Shown here one piece after another: positions 1 to 12,251 of a stretch of 64,000 bases of DNA. Made by a program: the position numbers and the translations under genes. The stretch lies in assembly GCA_035193785.1 (NCBI GenBank), contig CP136572.1, positions 4,436,578-4,500,577 on the forward strand, given 5' to 3'. The notes under the pieces were generated by a model that made no database searches, was not told where the DNA came from, and saw only the letters and a program-made list of their open reading frames with translations. This DNA comes from Planktothrix sp. GU0601_MAG3. Lineage in GTDB: Bacteria; Cyanobacteriota; Cyanobacteriia; Cyanobacteriales; Microcoleaceae. Each line of letters begins with the position of its first letter. The first letter of the stretch is position 1.

Positions 1-204
1 GATCAATTTGGTGAGAATCCGGTGATTTACAAACCTAGAGGTATATAGTATACAACTACTGATAAGACTCAATTTGCCTAAAACTTAAAGATATTAGCGC
101 AAAACGCTATCTGAAAAATGTGGCGTAGGGAGTATCGGTAAAAAGCAATTCTTGATATGATGTCGCGTGTTATTGGTGTGGTGTGGTGTGATGAGGAGTA
201 ATTG

Positions 205-1801
205 ATGCCAATTTCTGTAGATTTCAGTGGCAGGCCTTTTCACTTTATCGGGATCGGCGGGATTGGAATGTCAGCCCTAGCCTATATCCTAGCGAAGCGA
301 AAGCTACCTATTTATGGCTCGGATATTCAACGCAGCCATATTACTCAACGCCTGCAAGATTTAGGCGTCCAAGTTTTTTGCCATCAACAGGCAAGCAATT
401 TTGAGTATGTCAAACAACCCCAAAATCAGGGGAATCAAAAGCCAAATTCTGCAACGGAAACTGGAATTATCCGTCGTTCAAAATGGCGTAAAAACTTCCC
501 TAGTTGGGGCAAAGGTCGGAAGTTCAAGTGGTAAGGGACAGAAAACCCTGGGGATAGAATTACCTCAAGTTATTTGTTCAACCGCCATTAGTGCGGAAAA
601 TTTGGAATATCAAGCCGCCCAGGAGTTGGGTTGTCCGATTTTTCATCGTTCCGATCTACTAGCCGCCTTAATTCAAGACTATCAAAGTATTGCTGTGGCT
701 GGAACCCACGGGAAAACCACCACCAGCAGCATGATTGCCATGATGTTACTGGGGGCGGGTCTTGATCCCACCATTTTAATCGGGGGAGAAGTTAATGCCT
801 GGGAGGGTAATGCCCGCATGGGTCAAGGGCCCTATATGGTGGCGGAAGCCGATGAATCCGATGGTTCCCTCGTCAAAATCAAGGCTCAAATTGGTGTGAT
901 TACCAATATTGAGTTAGACCATCCCGATCACTATGAAAGCTTAGAACAGGTGATCAATACCTTCAAAATCTTTGAACACAACTGTCAAACCTTAGTAGCC
1001 TGCATTGATTGTGAAACGGTACGGGGGCAAATCCAAGCCGGGATCACCTACAGTTTAAATCCTGACTCCGATGCCGATTACCAAGTCAGGGATGTGGAAT
1101 ATCGTGCCAATGGGATATTGGCTCCGGTTTGGGAGCGAGGCAATTTCCTCGGAGAACTAGAGTTGAAGTTGCTCGGGCAACATAACCTCAGCAATGCCCT
1201 AGCTGCGATCGCGGTAGGACGACAGTTAGGCCTAGAGTTTCCCGTCATAGCCAAGGCATTAGCAGATTTTGAAGGGGCAAAACGTCGTTTTGAGCATCGA
1301 GGCTGTTTTAATAACATCCTGTTTGTGGACGACTATGCCCATCATCCGAGTGAAATCCGCGCCACCCTCGCCGCTGCCCGCCTGCGGATGCAAGACAGTG
1401 CCTTAAACACCCAACCCCACCTTCAGCGTATTGTTGCTATTTTTCAACCCCATCGGTATAGTCGAACTCATGCCTTTCTTCAAGACTTCGCTCAGTGTTT
1501 CACCGATGCCGATGTGGTGGTTCTAACCGAAATTTATAGTGCCGGAGAACCGAATATCTGGGACATTGATGGCCAGAAAGTCGCAGACTTGATTGGTAAT
1601 TACCATCCTCAAGTATTGTATCAGCCCTCTCTGAGCGAGGTTAAGGGTAGTTTGGCTCAACTCCTACAGCCCGGTGATTTAGCTATATTTCTCGGCGCTG
1701 GCAACCTCAATAAAATTATTCCCGAGGTGATGGAATTTTATCAGGGTTCCCAGAACACGGTTGGGACTGAGCCGGGGTGCCTCTCCCGCTTAATGGACTG
1801 A
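205..1801 (+). CDS. murC: UDP-N-acetylmuramate--L-alanine ligase (apparent +1 frameshift at ~457)
   Basis: HFIGIGGIGMS, AGTHGKTTT, EADESDGS and DDYAHHP motifs; split over ORFs 202..534 and 401..1801; GAGGAG RBS upstream. Confidence 0.95.
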
Positions 1802-1859
1802 TTTATTTATTATCTGCAATCGGTGATTTACATCCAAGTTCTAAGGTATTCATTTTGAT

Positions 1860-2822
1860 ATGGTCATGACACTCTCTTATGACTCCCCCAGTCAAACAAA
1901 CTACTCTCAGCCACACTCCATAGCCCTACCTGAAACGGACTGTTTGATTCAATCTTTAGTTCCTTTAACCACCTTCACCTCCTTTCGGGTCGGAGGGCCG
2001 GCCGAGTGGTATATCGCGCCGAAAGGGGTAGAACAACTTCAAGAAGCCCTCTTATGGGCCGATACTCAAGGATTACCGATCACCCTCCTCGGGGCAGGAT
2101 CAAATTTATTAATCAGTGACCAAGGGTTATCGGGATTAGTAATTGCTACCCGTCACCTGCGTTATATTGACTTTGATTTAGAAACGGGGTTACTGACCGC
2201 CGGGGCGGGAACCTCCCTCCCCCGTTTAGCTTGGAAAGCCGCCCGTTTAGGATGGCGGGGACTAGAATGGGCCGTGGGCATCCCCGGAACCATGGGGGGG
2301 GCGGTGGTTATGAATGCAGGTGCTCACCGCTCCTGCACCGCAGAAATTTTAGTCGATACCCATGTCCTATCCAAGTCCGGGGAATTACAGGTTTTAACCC
2401 CAGAGGATTTAGCCTATCGTTATCGCACCTCGATTTTGCAAGGGGGCGATCGATTTGTGACTCAAGCAACTTTCCAGTTGGAACCGGGTCATGATCCCCA
2501 ACAGGTGCTCGCTGATACAACCGCCCATTTTAATCAACGTCGCAATAGCCAACCCTATCATCTACCCAGTTGTGGCAGTGTATTCCGTAACCCGGGTCTG
2601 AAAACAGCCGGCTGGTTAATTGAACAAACGGGTTTAAAAGGTTACAGCATTGGTCAAGCTCAAGTAGCCGAGCGCCATGCTAATTTTATTCTGAATTGTG
2701 GGGGGGCCACGGCCAGCGATATTTTTTCGTTAATTCGTCACGTTCAAGAACAGGTTGAACGGCGTTGGTCGTTCTTCTTGGAACCCGAGGTTAGAATTAT
2801 GGGCGATTTCCACGGGTTTTGA
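1860..2822 (+). CDS. murB: UDP-N-acetylenolpyruvoylglucosamine reductase
   Basis: [42 protein letters not shown]; follows murC. Confidence 0.96.
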   Translation: MVMTLSYDSPSQTNYSQPHSIALPETDCLIQSLVPLTTFTSFRVGGPAEWYIAPKGVEQLQEALLWADTQGLPITLLGAGSNLLISDQGLSGLVIATRHLRYIDFDLETGLLTAGAGTSLPRLAWKAARLGWRGLEWAVGIPGTMGGAVVMNAGAHRSCTAEILVDTHVLSKSGELQVLTPEDLAYRYRTSILQGGDRFVTQATFQLEPGHDPQQVLADTTAHFNQRRNSQPYHLPSCGSVFRNPGLKTAGWLIEQTGLKGYSIGQAQVAERHANFILNCGGATASDIFSLIRHVQEQVERRWSFFLEPEVRIMGDFHGF

Positions 2823-2947
2823 TTCCCAACTGGAATAGGGGCGGGGACAATCTCTTGCCCCAAAACGCAGTTGATCCGCCAAAAAATGCTACTATAGCTT
2901 ACTTATCTTGACTATACAAAGCGTTTTCAGCGCTCGATGAACAAACT

Positions 2948-3295
2948 ATGACACAAGAAAAAGGATTTGGTTTCGGTCTGGGCAAAATGAAGGAACTGGC
3001 TGAGGCGTTTAAAAAGGCGCAGCAAGTTCAAGAAGGGGCAAAAAAGCTCCAAGAAGACCTGGATCAGTTGGAAATTTTGGGGGAAGCGGGGGGGGGCTTA
3101 GTTAAGGTATATCTGAGTGGAAACCAAGAACCTCGTCGGGTGGAAATTTCACCGGATGTTTTAGGCGAAGGTGCTGAGGTACTCTCTGCTCTGGTTCTGG
3201 TTGCCATGCAGGAAGCCTATCGTAACTCCACTGCCACCATGCGCGAACGGATGGAAGAACTGACCGGGGGTTTGAATTTACCCGGGTTCGGTTAG
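2948..3295 (+). CDS. ybaB: YbaB/EbfC family nucleoid-associated protein
   Basis: 115 aa, KKAQQVQ...[12 protein letters not shown] pattern. Confidence 0.9.
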   Translation: MTQEKGFGFGLGKMKELAEAFKKAQQVQEGAKKLQEDLDQLEILGEAGGGLVKVYLSGNQEPRRVEISPDVLGEGAEVLSALVLVAMQEAYRNSTATMRERMEELTGGLNLPGFG

Positions 3296-3435
3296 GGTAC
3301 ACGGCAATAACCCATAAATCTCAAACAAGGCAGTGCCAGCGTCCTCGCTGGCTGTGTTTTTAGATTCCAAGTAGGACAAATTATTGGTCAGATCCCGAAT
3401 TTTGGGGCGCGACTTTTGAGTTAAATTCTTCACTT

Positions 3436-3939
3436 ATGCCTTACAAATTATTATTTGTGTGTCTTGGTAATATTTGCCGTTCTCCATCGGCGGAAAATAT
3501 TATGAATCATTTGATTAATCAGGCAAATTTGAGCGATCGGATTGTTTGTGACTCTGCGGGAACATCAAGTTATCATATTGGCAGTTCTCCCGACCGACGC
3601 ATGACTCAAGCTGCCAACCAAAAGGGAATTACCATGACGGGAAAAGCTCGTCAATTTAAGCGAGATGATTTTGAACGATTTGATTTAATTTTAGCTATGG
3701 ATCAGGAGAATTATGAAAATATTCTCTACCTTGATTCTTTAGGAAAATATCGCCATAAAGTTAAGTTGATGTGTGATTTTTGTCGCCATCATAGCCTCAA
3801 AGAAGTTCCCGATCCCTATTACGGAGGGACGGAAGGGTTTAATCAGGTGATTGATTTATTATTAGATTCCTGTGGGGGCTTGTTAGAGTTTATTATCGAA
3901 TCTAATCAATATCTCCCAACAAATAATCAAGAAATGTAA
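3436..3939 (+). CDS. Low-molecular-weight protein tyrosine phosphatase
   Basis: VCLGNICRSP P-loop, DSAGT, VPDPYY. Confidence 0.95.
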   Translation: MPYKLLFVCLGNICRSPSAENIMNHLINQANLSDRIVCDSAGTSSYHIGSSPDRRMTQAANQKGITMTGKARQFKRDDFERFDLILAMDQENYENILYLDSLGKYRHKVKLMCDFCRHHSLKEVPDPYYGGTEGFNQVIDLLLDSCGGLLEFIIESNQYLPTNNQEM

Positions 3940-4210
3940 AAATAGTTAGGGAAATTGTATAGATTTATTAAGTTTACTTGACTTTTATTAAAAAATGGCA
4001 GTAAAAAATTGAGATTTTGGATAAAGTTGGTCAAAATTAGTTAAGGCTACTTATCGCTATAAACTGTCAAGAAATTATATTCCCGCTCCTCTAAGGACAA
4101 GTTCCCTATCAAAATTGATCTGAACAATTCCCCAGCAATTTAGGAATCAAACGTCCGGTGATTTTCCGGTAAAATACTAAGAATAATATTCACCCTGTGT
4201 AACAGTAATT

Positions 4211-5198
4211 TTGAGTGTGGCTAATTCTAACCGAAAACCGATTCTCCTTGACTTTGAAAAGCCTCTAGTTGAACTAGAAAGTCGCATTGACCAAATTCGT
4301 CAATTAGCGAATGAAAATGGTGTGGATGTGTCCGAAGAAATCCGACAACTGGAAGCCCGCGCCAACCAACTGCGACAGGAAATTTTCAGTGGTTTATCTC
4401 CCTTACAAAGACTACAACTAGCTCGCCATCCCCGTCGCCCCAGTACCCTAGATTATGTTCAGGCGATCACCGATGAATGGATGGAACTGCATGGCGATCG
4501 CCGGGGTTATGACGATCCGGCGTTGGTGGGAGGTGTGGCCCGTTTGGGCGGACAACCCGTAGTTATCCTCGGTCATCAGAAAGGACGGGATACCAAAGAT
4601 AATGTCGCCCGCAATTTTGGCATGGCCGCCCCCGGAGGTTATCGGAAAGCCATGCGCCTGATGGAACACGCTAACCGTTTTGGAATGCCGATTCTGACCT
4701 TTATTGATACTCCGGGGGCTTGGGCGGGAGTGGACGCGGAAAAATTGGGCCAAGGAGAAGCGATCGCCTATAACCTCCGAGAAATGTTTGATTTAGAGGT
4801 TCCAATTATCTGTACTGTGATTGGTGAGGGCGGTTTCCGGTGGAGCTTTAGGCATTGGTGTGGGTGAAAAACTGCTGATGTTGGAATATTCCGTTTATAC
4901 TGTGGCCACCCCCGAAGCCTGCGCCGCGATTTTGTGGAAAGATGCAGGTCAATCGCCACAAGCAGCCCAGGCCTTGAAAATTACCTCAAAAGACCTGAAA
5001 CAATTAGGTATTATTGATCAAATTGTACCCGAACCCGATGGAGGTGCCCATAGCAACCCCTTAAAAGCAGCAGAACTACTGAAAAAGGCTTTAATTCAAT
5101 CCTTGGGGGAACTTTTGGCTTTAACCGCCGGGCAACGTCAAGAAATGCGCTATCAAAAGTTTAGAAATATTGGAGTTTTTGCCGAAGCCAAGGTTTAA
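4211..5198 (+). CDS. accA: Acetyl-CoA carboxylase carboxyltransferase alpha (apparent +1 frameshift at ~4833)
   Basis: LDFEKP, ARHPRRP, FIDTPGA; GEGGSGGAL is restored by removing one T in GGTTTCC. Confidence 0.96.
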
Positions 5199-5257
5199 AT
5201 CATCAATAATACCAGGGAAGAAAAGGCAGCATTTAAACAACCCAAATAGTTAAATGT

Positions 5258-6826
5258 ATGACTAATAAAATTCCTTTAGAAGTTAAAATTAGTGGTTCAT
5301 TTTTTGCCCTGGTATTTGCTATTGTTTTTCTAGGTTTCTATGGAGTTTCCCGTCTGAATAGGCAGATTGAAACCTTGGGTTATACTGTAATTCCCAGTAT
5401 TAGGGGTTTAGATAAAATTAATGAAGGACAAACCCAAATCCAATCCGCAGAACGGTTATTAATCAACCCTTTATTAACAGAAGAAGAACGAGAACAAGAA
5501 TTAAACCGCATTAAAAAGGCGTGGTCACAAATTAATCAGGGATTTGAAGAATACGAAAAAACCGAACAAACCGAAGCCGAAAAAAACAGCTATGAACAGT
5601 TTTTAATTGGTTGGGAGCAATGGCGTCAGTCCCACGAAGATTATTTAGCATTAGAAGCCAAATATAATCAATTGGGTATAACTAACCCTTGGAACAGTTT
5701 ACTACTTGTAAAGGAGCAAAAAACGGTTAATTCTGCTGAACTTGAAAAAGTAGATGCCGCTTTCAAATTAAGGCTAGAACTAGATAAAATTGATCAGGAA
5801 AACCGGAAAAGGTATTACTTGGCAGAGCAATCTCTTGTACCAGTTTTAGAAATCAATAATAAATTGGGTGAATTAACCAAACAAGAGGCTATTAATGATG
5901 TTAAAACCATTAGTTTTTTGATGATAGTGGCGATTATTATTTGTCCTGCTATAGCTTTGATATTAGGAAAAATTTTAAGTCGAGGGATTATTAACCCGAT
6001 TCTAAATAGTATTAATCAGATCGCCAATTCTTCCAGTCAAATTGCCGCCACTATCGAAGAACAAGAACGAATTACGGCTCAACAAGCAACTGCGGTGAAT
6101 CAAACCACAATCACCATTGATGAATTAGGATCGTCTTCTCGCCAGTCGGCGGAGAAAGCCAAACTCGTGGCTAATAATGCTATTGAAGTCGCTCATATTT
6201 CCGAAGAAAATAAAAAACTGGTTCAAAAAACTTTAGCCGGAATTTCTGCCTTGCAATCTACAGTGGAACAAATTTCTAATAAGATGACGGGTTTAGATGA
6301 CCAAATGAATCAAATTGGTGTAATTACTAACTTAGTCACTGATTTAGCCAATCAAACTAATATGTTAGCGTTGAATGCTTCTATTGAAGCGGTGAGAGCC
6401 GGAGAATATGGGAAAGGATTTGCCGTCGTCGCCGGAGAAATTCGCAAATTAGCCGATCAAAGTAAAAGTTCTGCGACTCAAATTAATCATTTAATTAGCG
6501 AAACTCAAAAATCCCTGCAAACAACAGTTTCCGTAACCGCATCGGGCAAAAAAAACGCCGTGGAGGGGATTGAATTATCCCAACAAACCGCTAGGGCTCT
6601 GGAAGGGTTGTTTAATGGGATTAATGATGTAATGATGATTAATCAGGAAATTGCCTTAACTTCCCAACAACAAGCGATGGCAGTGGAACAACTGATCACC
6701 GCCATAAACCAGATCAACCAAGGGACTCAACAAAGCGTCTTGGGAATTGGGGAAACCCGTGTTAGTGTTCAAGAAATCAACCAAGTCGCCGTTAACCTTC
6801 AGAACCTGGCGGGAAAAACAAGTTGA
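5258..6826 (+). CDS. Methyl-accepting chemotaxis protein (two TM helices, periplasmic helical sensor)
   Basis: [37 protein letters not shown] signalling hairpin. Confidence 0.93.
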   Translation: MTNKIPLEVKISGSFFALVFAIVFLGFYGVSRLNRQIETLGYTVIPSIRGLDKINEGQTQIQSAERLLINPLLTEEEREQELNRIKKAWSQINQGFEEYEKTEQTEAEKNSYEQFLIGWEQWRQSHEDYLALEAKYNQLGITNPWNSLLLVKEQKTVNSAELEKVDAAFKLRLELDKIDQENRKRYYLAEQSLVPVLEINNKLGELTKQEAINDVKTISFLMIVAIIICPAIALILGKILSRGIINPILNSINQIANSSSQIAATIEEQERITAQQATAVNQTTITIDELGSSSRQSAEKAKLVANNAIEVAHISEENKKLVQKTLAGISALQSTVEQISNKMTGLDDQMNQIGVITNLVTDLANQTNMLALNASIEAVRAGEYGKGFAVVAGEIRKLADQSKSSATQINHLISETQKSLQTTVSVTASGKKNAVEGIELSQQTARALEGLFNGINDVMMINQEIALTSQQQAMAVEQLITAINQINQGTQQSVLGIGETRVSVQEINQVAVNLQNLAGKTS

Positions 6827-7034
6827 GTTACTCGAAGATGGGAACGTTTCCCCGAAAATCCCAAATCCTTAATTCCTTTGGTGATATACTTAAATATAGT
6901 AACAAATCTTTACATATTTCTCGGATTCAGCAGTTTATAGATTTGTGACATCAGTTTGTCGTGCAAGCGTCCTCGCTCGCTGAAATCTGCGTCCTCGATC
7001 GCTGGCATGATCGAAAACCTAACAGGTACACCGA

Positions 7035-7757
7035 ATGAGCCTCGTGCAAAAAAGAGCCTTGATCACAGGAGCCAGTAGTGGCATCGGTCGGGCAACAGCC
7101 CTAAGCTTTGCTAGAGCCGGAATTGACATTGCATTGGTCAGTCGCCATCAGGAGCGCTTAGAGGTTGTGGCCGAAGAAGCGCGTAATTTGGGAGTGGAGG
7201 CGAAAGCCTTCCCGCTTGATTTGGCGAAAGTTGAACAAGTCCATGCTCAAATTGATAGTATTGTGGCTGCTTTTGGTCAAGTCAATATCCTGGTCAATAA
7301 TGCCGGGATAGGATACACCGGAGACTTAATTGATACATCCCTAGCGGACTGGCAACGGGTGATCGACTTAAACTTAACCAGCGTATTCCAGTGCATAAAA
7401 GGGGTTTTACCAGGGATGCGAGACCAAGGAAGTGGAACCATTATTAATGTTGTCTCGATTGCTGGTCTACAAGCTTTTCCTAACTGGGGTGCTTACTGCG
7501 TGAGTAAATTTGGTTTAATGGCACTATCCAAAACCTTAGCCATGGAAGAACGAGCCCATGGAATTCGGGTCACGGCTATCTGTCCTGGTTCGGTGAATAC
7601 TCCCATCTGGGATAGCGAAACCGTGAAAGCTGACTTTGATCGCTCCGCCATGCTGACACCGGAGATTGTAGCCGAGTCAATTCTCCATGTGGCATTATTA
7701 CCCACCGCTGCGGTTATTGAAGAACTAACCCTAATGCCGAGCGTCGGCACGTTTTGA
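7035..7757 (+). CDS. SDR family oxidoreductase
   Basis: TGASSGIG, NNAG, YCVSK. Confidence 0.93.
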   Translation: MSLVQKRALITGASSGIGRATALSFARAGIDIALVSRHQERLEVVAEEARNLGVEAKAFPLDLAKVEQVHAQIDSIVAAFGQVNILVNNAGIGYTGDLIDTSLADWQRVIDLNLTSVFQCIKGVLPGMRDQGSGTIINVVSIAGLQAFPNWGAYCVSKFGLMALSKTLAMEERAHGIRVTAICPGSVNTPIWDSETVKADFDRSAMLTPEIVAESILHVALLPTAAVIEELTLMPSVGTF

Positions 7758-7825
7758 ATCGTTTTCAATATCGATTTTAAAACCGTTTAACTTTGTTGTT
7801 TCTAAACCTTGATTCAAGATACACC

Positions 7826-8515
7826 ATGACTATCTTATCCGACACCAATGGCCTCAAAAATGAGAACACCACTGGGTTTTCGATTCGACCAGATCGGACT
7901 TTATCCTATGGCCAAAGCACCCAATCCCAAGCCGACTCAGAGGTGAGTGACGAGGAAATGATGAATGCTGTTCGCACCATGCTTTTAGGAGTGGGTGAAG
8001 ATCCTGAACGGGAAGGGTTACTCAAAACCCCGAAACGGGTAGCTGAAGCCATGCGTTTTCTCACCAGTGGCTATAATCAATCCCTGGAAGAATTGGTGAA
8101 TGGGGCTATTTTTGATGAAGGCCATGAAGAAATGGTGCTGGTACGCGATATCACCTTTTTCAGTATGTGCGAACACCATATGTTACCTTTCATGGGTCGG
8201 GCGCACGTTGCCTATATTCCCAATCAAAAGGTGATTGGGTTAAGCAAACTGGCTAGAATCGTGGAAATGTACAGCCGTCGCTTACAAGTTCAAGAACGTT
8301 TAACTCGCCAAATTGCGGAATCAATTCAAACCGTCCTGGAACCCCAAGGGGTCGCCGTGGTCATGGAAGCCACCCATATGTGTATGGCGATGCGAGGGGT
8401 GCAAAAACCCGGGTCTTGGACAGTTACTAGCGCTATGGTTGGTTTATTCCAAGATGAACAGAAAACCCGTGAAGAATTCCTGAATTTGATTCGCCACCAA
8501 CCCGCATTTTTCTAA
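7826..8515 (+). CDS. folE: GTP cyclohydrolase I
   Basis: [34 protein letters not shown]. Confidence 0.97.
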   Translation: MTILSDTNGLKNENTTGFSIRPDRTLSYGQSTQSQADSEVSDEEMMNAVRTMLLGVGEDPEREGLLKTPKRVAEAMRFLTSGYNQSLEELVNGAIFDEGHEEMVLVRDITFFSMCEHHMLPFMGRAHVAYIPNQKVIGLSKLARIVEMYSRRLQVQERLTRQIAESIQTVLEPQGVAVVMEATHMCMAMRGVQKPGSWTVTSAMVGLFQDEQKTREEFLNLIRHQPAFF

Positions 8516-8656
8516 CGAACTAGGGATATTATTCCTGAATTAAGAATGTAGGATTGAGGATTAAGAGATATTTAACTTATGCTGGAAAAAGCCGAAAAGC
8601 TATAATTCTTAATTCTTAATTCTTAATTCTTAGTTCACTTTTAACCTTGAAAATTC

Positions 8657-10093
8657 ATGATCCCTCAACCCATTAAGTTTGGAAACCGATGGCTGGCGCG
8701 GTGTGATTGCTGCGGACTTTACCTTTGAACGGGTGGCTTTAGTCGCCCCCATTGCCGCTCAGATTCTCTATCAAACCTACGGAGAAACAACCGGAAGCCG
8801 GACGATTATTGTGGGCTATGATCGGCGCTTTTTAGCCGAGGAATTTGCCCAATGTGCGGCGATCGCCATCCAATCGGCGGGATTTAATGTCAAACTCAGT
8901 GAAACCTACGCTCCGACTCCGGCTTTTTCCCTAATCGCCCATGAACAAAAGGCTTTAGGGGCAATTGTGTTAACGGCTAGTCATAACCCGGGTAAATATT
9001 TGGGCTTAAAAGTCAAAGGAGCTTTTGGCGGTTCGGTGGGGCCAGAAATTACCCAACAAATTGAAGCCCTATTAGATAAAGCGCAAATTTTTGAGACAAC
9101 CCCTGGAACTTTAGAACTATTTAATCCCTGGCCGAGTTATTGCCAAACCCTGCGTTCTAAGGTAGATGTTCTGGCAATTCAAGAGGCAATTAATCAAGGA
9201 AAATTAACGGTTTTTGCTGATGTGATGCACGGGGCGGCGACCGGAGGATTAACCCAATTATTGGGAGATAATATTCACGAAATTAATACCGATCGTGATC
9301 CCTATTTTGGCGGTGGGGCGCCGGAACCCTTACCCCGTTATATTCCTAAATTGTTTGAACAATTAGAATTCCATCGCGCTAATAACGGTGGTTTAGCCAT
9401 TGGATTTGTGTTTGATGGTGATAGTGATCGGATTGCTGCGGTCGATCAAAATGGCAATTTTCTCAGTTCTCAAATTTTAATTCCGGTATTAATTGAACAT
9501 TTATCAACTCGTCGAGGATTTACCGGAGAAATTGTTAAAACCGTGAGTGGTTCCGATTTAATTCCTCGGATTGCTAAATTATTTAATTTATCGCTGTATG
9601 AAACGGCGATCGGTTATAAATATATTGCCGATCGGATGTTAACTACGGAGGTTTTAGTCGGGGGTGAAGAATCGGGGGGTGTGGGCTATGGAACCCATAT
9701 TCCCGAACGGGATGCGTTGTTATCGGCGCTGTATGTCTTAGAAGCCATGGTGCAGTCGGGGGAAGATCCGACGCAAACCTATCAACGTTTACAGGCACAA
9801 ACGGGATTTGATTCGGCCTATGATCGGATTGATTTACCCTTAGCGAGTATGGATGTGCGATCGCGTCTGGTAGAAAAATTACAAACTCAACCTTTACAGG
9901 AAATTGCTGGACAAGCTGTGGTTGATTGTTTAACCGTAGATGGCTACAAATACCGCCTTGCAGATAGTCGCTGGTTATTAATTCGCTTTAGTGGGACAGA
10001 AAACCCGTGCTGCGTCTTTATTGTGAAGCTCCCAACATCGATCTGGTTCACGAAACCCTGGCCTGGGCCAAGGATTGGGCGAATCAGCCTTAA
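8657..10093 (+). CDS. Phosphoglucomutase/phosphomannomutase family (apparent indels at ~8682 and ~10000)
   Basis: FGTDG, TASHNP, FDGDSDR, GEESGG, RFSGTEP; termini restored by removing extra A in GAAC. Confidence 0.92.
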
Positions 10094-10172
10094 TTGGATG
10101 CTGTAGGGTGCGTAAGATCTGCTCGCACGCACCATCTTTCAACAACGCACCCCCTGGCTCAACAAAAATCCC

Positions 10173-10262
10173 ATCTAGCCCTGAAGGGCTTACTACGAGT
10201 CGCCAGATCAATTCAGGTGATTCTAACCAAAATCTCATCTAGCCCTGAAGGGCTTACTACGA
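10173..10262. repeat. Duplicated 26-bp REP-like unit ATCTAGCCCTGAAGGGCTTACTACGA
   Basis: two identical copies (~10173 and ~10237), each with an AGCCC/GGGCT hairpin. Confidence 0.75.
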
Positions 10263-10280
10263 CAATATCTAACAATTAAC

Positions 10281-10875
10281 ATGACAAAACAAACATTAAT
10301 TGTTGCAACCGGAAACCCAGGCAAACTAAAGGAAATGCAGGCTTATTTGGAGGATTTAGAGATTGAATTGCAGCTTAAACCTCAAGATTTAGAAGTAGAA
10401 GAAACTGGAAAAACCTTTATTGAGAATGCAGCCTTAAAAGCATCCCAAGTTGCATTAGCGACGGGAGAATGGGCGATCGCCGATGATTCAGGATTGGCTG
10501 TAGAAGCCCTAAATGGAGCACCGGGAATCTATTCTGCCCGTTACGCCTCCACCGAAGCCGAATGTATTGTGCGACTCCTCAAGGAATTGGGAGAGCACCC
10601 TAACCGTAATGCTGAATTCGTTTGTGCGGTGGCGATCGCCCGTCCCGATGGTTCTATTGCGGTAGAATACCAAGGAACTTGTCAAGGAAGCATCACACAG
10701 GAAACCCGTGGGAGTCGGGGGTTTTGGTTACGATCCGATTTTTTACGTTCCCCAGGCTAACATGACCTTTGCCCAAATGCCTGCGGAGTTAAAACATAAA
10801 ATTTCCCACCGGGGGCAAGCCTTTCAAGGGATTTTACCCCAACTTCAAGGTTTATTAAAAATGGGATTGTCCTAA
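10281..10875 (+). CDS. rdgB: Non-canonical purine NTP pyrophosphatase (RdgB/HAM1), homopolymer frameshift at ~10720
   Basis: [28 protein letters not shown] and SHRG lie in the shifted frame. Confidence 0.93.
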
Positions 10876-10979
10876 TTGCGGGATGCACCATGACCGTGAT
10901 ATTAATGCAGCAAATAACATTTTAGCGACAGGACTTACCGTTTCAGCTTGCCTAACTTATACACGAACAATATAAAACT

Positions 10980-12068
10980 ATGCACAAATACGGTTCTTTG
11001 CTAGTAGCAATCTCACTATTAGTGGCGCCCCTAACAGCCTGTGAATCATCCAATTCTACCAACACTGGTACAACTTCATCTGGGGAAAACTCAACGGCTG
11101 CTAAAGGAGGGACGGGTCAAAGTCGTCTTGATATTGTCAAGCAAAGGGGAAAGCTAATCTGTGGAGTTGATGGCAAAATTCCTGGATTCAGCTTTGTGAA
11201 TGAAAGTGGCCAATATTCTGGCTTAGATGTGGATGTTTGTAAAGCTGTTGCTGCGGCGGTTTTTGGTGACCCCAATGCGGTTGAATATCGGAATTTGGAT
11301 TCTACAGAAAGATTTGAAGCCTTAAAATCGGGGGAAGTGGATATGCTCTCGCGGAATACTACCTGGACGATTAGCCGTGATACCTCCGTTGGCCTAGAAT
11401 TTGCCCCAACTACATTCTACGATGGCCAGGGGATGATGGTTCGCCAAGATAGCGGGATTACTAAATTAGAAGATTTAGCCGGAAAAGCCGTTTGTGTTGA
11501 GGCGGGAACCACCACCGAACTGAACCTAACTGATGCCCTACGCCAAAGAAATGTCAAAGCTGAAACCGTTACCTTCCAACAGGCTGATCCAGCCTATGCG
11601 GCCTATGTGGAAGGTCGATGTCAAGGAATGACTTCGGACAAATCCCAACTGGTCGCCCGTCGTAGTACCCTTCCTAACCCCGACGATCATATTCTTCTCG
11701 ATGTTACGATGTCTAAGGAACCCCTGGGCCCAGTAACAGTTAATAATGATTCCGCTTGGTTTGATGTGGTGAAATGGACAACTTATGCTTTGATTGATGC
11801 GGAAGAATTGGGAATCAATCAAGGGAATGTTGATCAACTAAAAACCAGTGATAATCCCAATATTAAACGATTTTTAGGAACAGAAGGTGACCTAGGAAAA
11901 GGTGCCGGATTAAGTAATGATTTTGCGGCCAATGCGGTTAAGGCCGTTGGTAATTATGGTGAAGTTTATGAACGCAACTTAGGTCAAGGTTCACAATTTA
12001 AACTGCCTCGGGGACAAAATGCCCTATGGACAAATGGCGGTTTGATGTATTCTCCACCCCTGCGCTAA
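10980..12068 (+). CDS. Amino-acid ABC transporter substrate-binding lipoprotein (AapJ/NatF-like)
   Basis: lipobox LTAC; LSRNTTWT..RD, YDGQG, GNYGEVYERN, GGLMYSPP. Confidence 0.92.
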   Translation: MHKYGSLLVAISLLVAPLTACESSNSTNTGTTSSGENSTAAKGGTGQSRLDIVKQRGKLICGVDGKIPGFSFVNESGQYSGLDVDVCKAVAAAVFGDPNAVEYRNLDSTERFEALKSGEVDMLSRNTTWTISRDTSVGLEFAPTTFYDGQGMMVRQDSGITKLEDLAGKAVCVEAGTTTELNLTDALRQRNVKAETVTFQQADPAYAAYVEGRCQGMTSDKSQLVARRSTLPNPDDHILLDVTMSKEPLGPVTVNNDSAWFDVVKWTTYALIDAEELGINQGNVDQLKTSDNPNIKRFLGTEGDLGKGAGLSNDFAANAVKAVGNYGEVYERNLGQGSQFKLPRGQNALWTNGGLMYSPPLR

Positions 12069-12071
12069 AGT

Positions 12072-12250
12072 CAGTTATCGGTTATCAGTTATCAGTTATC
12101 AGTTTAAGAGTTAAGAGTTAAGAAGTATTTACGTTGTTTCTAATGACCAAAATCCTGATTTTATCGATTTTAATGATTCCTAATTAATGAAATGGGCGAT
12201 GTTTTCTCGCCCCTACTGATAACTGATTACTGTTTACTGATAACTGATTT
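12072..12250. repeat. STRR-type heptamer repeats (AGTTATC)n/(TTAAGAG)n with inverted copies (ACTGATA)
   Basis: cagttatc repeats at 12072-12105; complementary actgataactgatt at 12215-12250. Confidence 0.7.
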
Positions 12251-12251
12251 T

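Noticed and set aside
6890..6915. NtcA box upstream of the SDR gene
   Set aside because: GTA-N9-TAC spacing does not fit the GTA-N8-TAC consensus.
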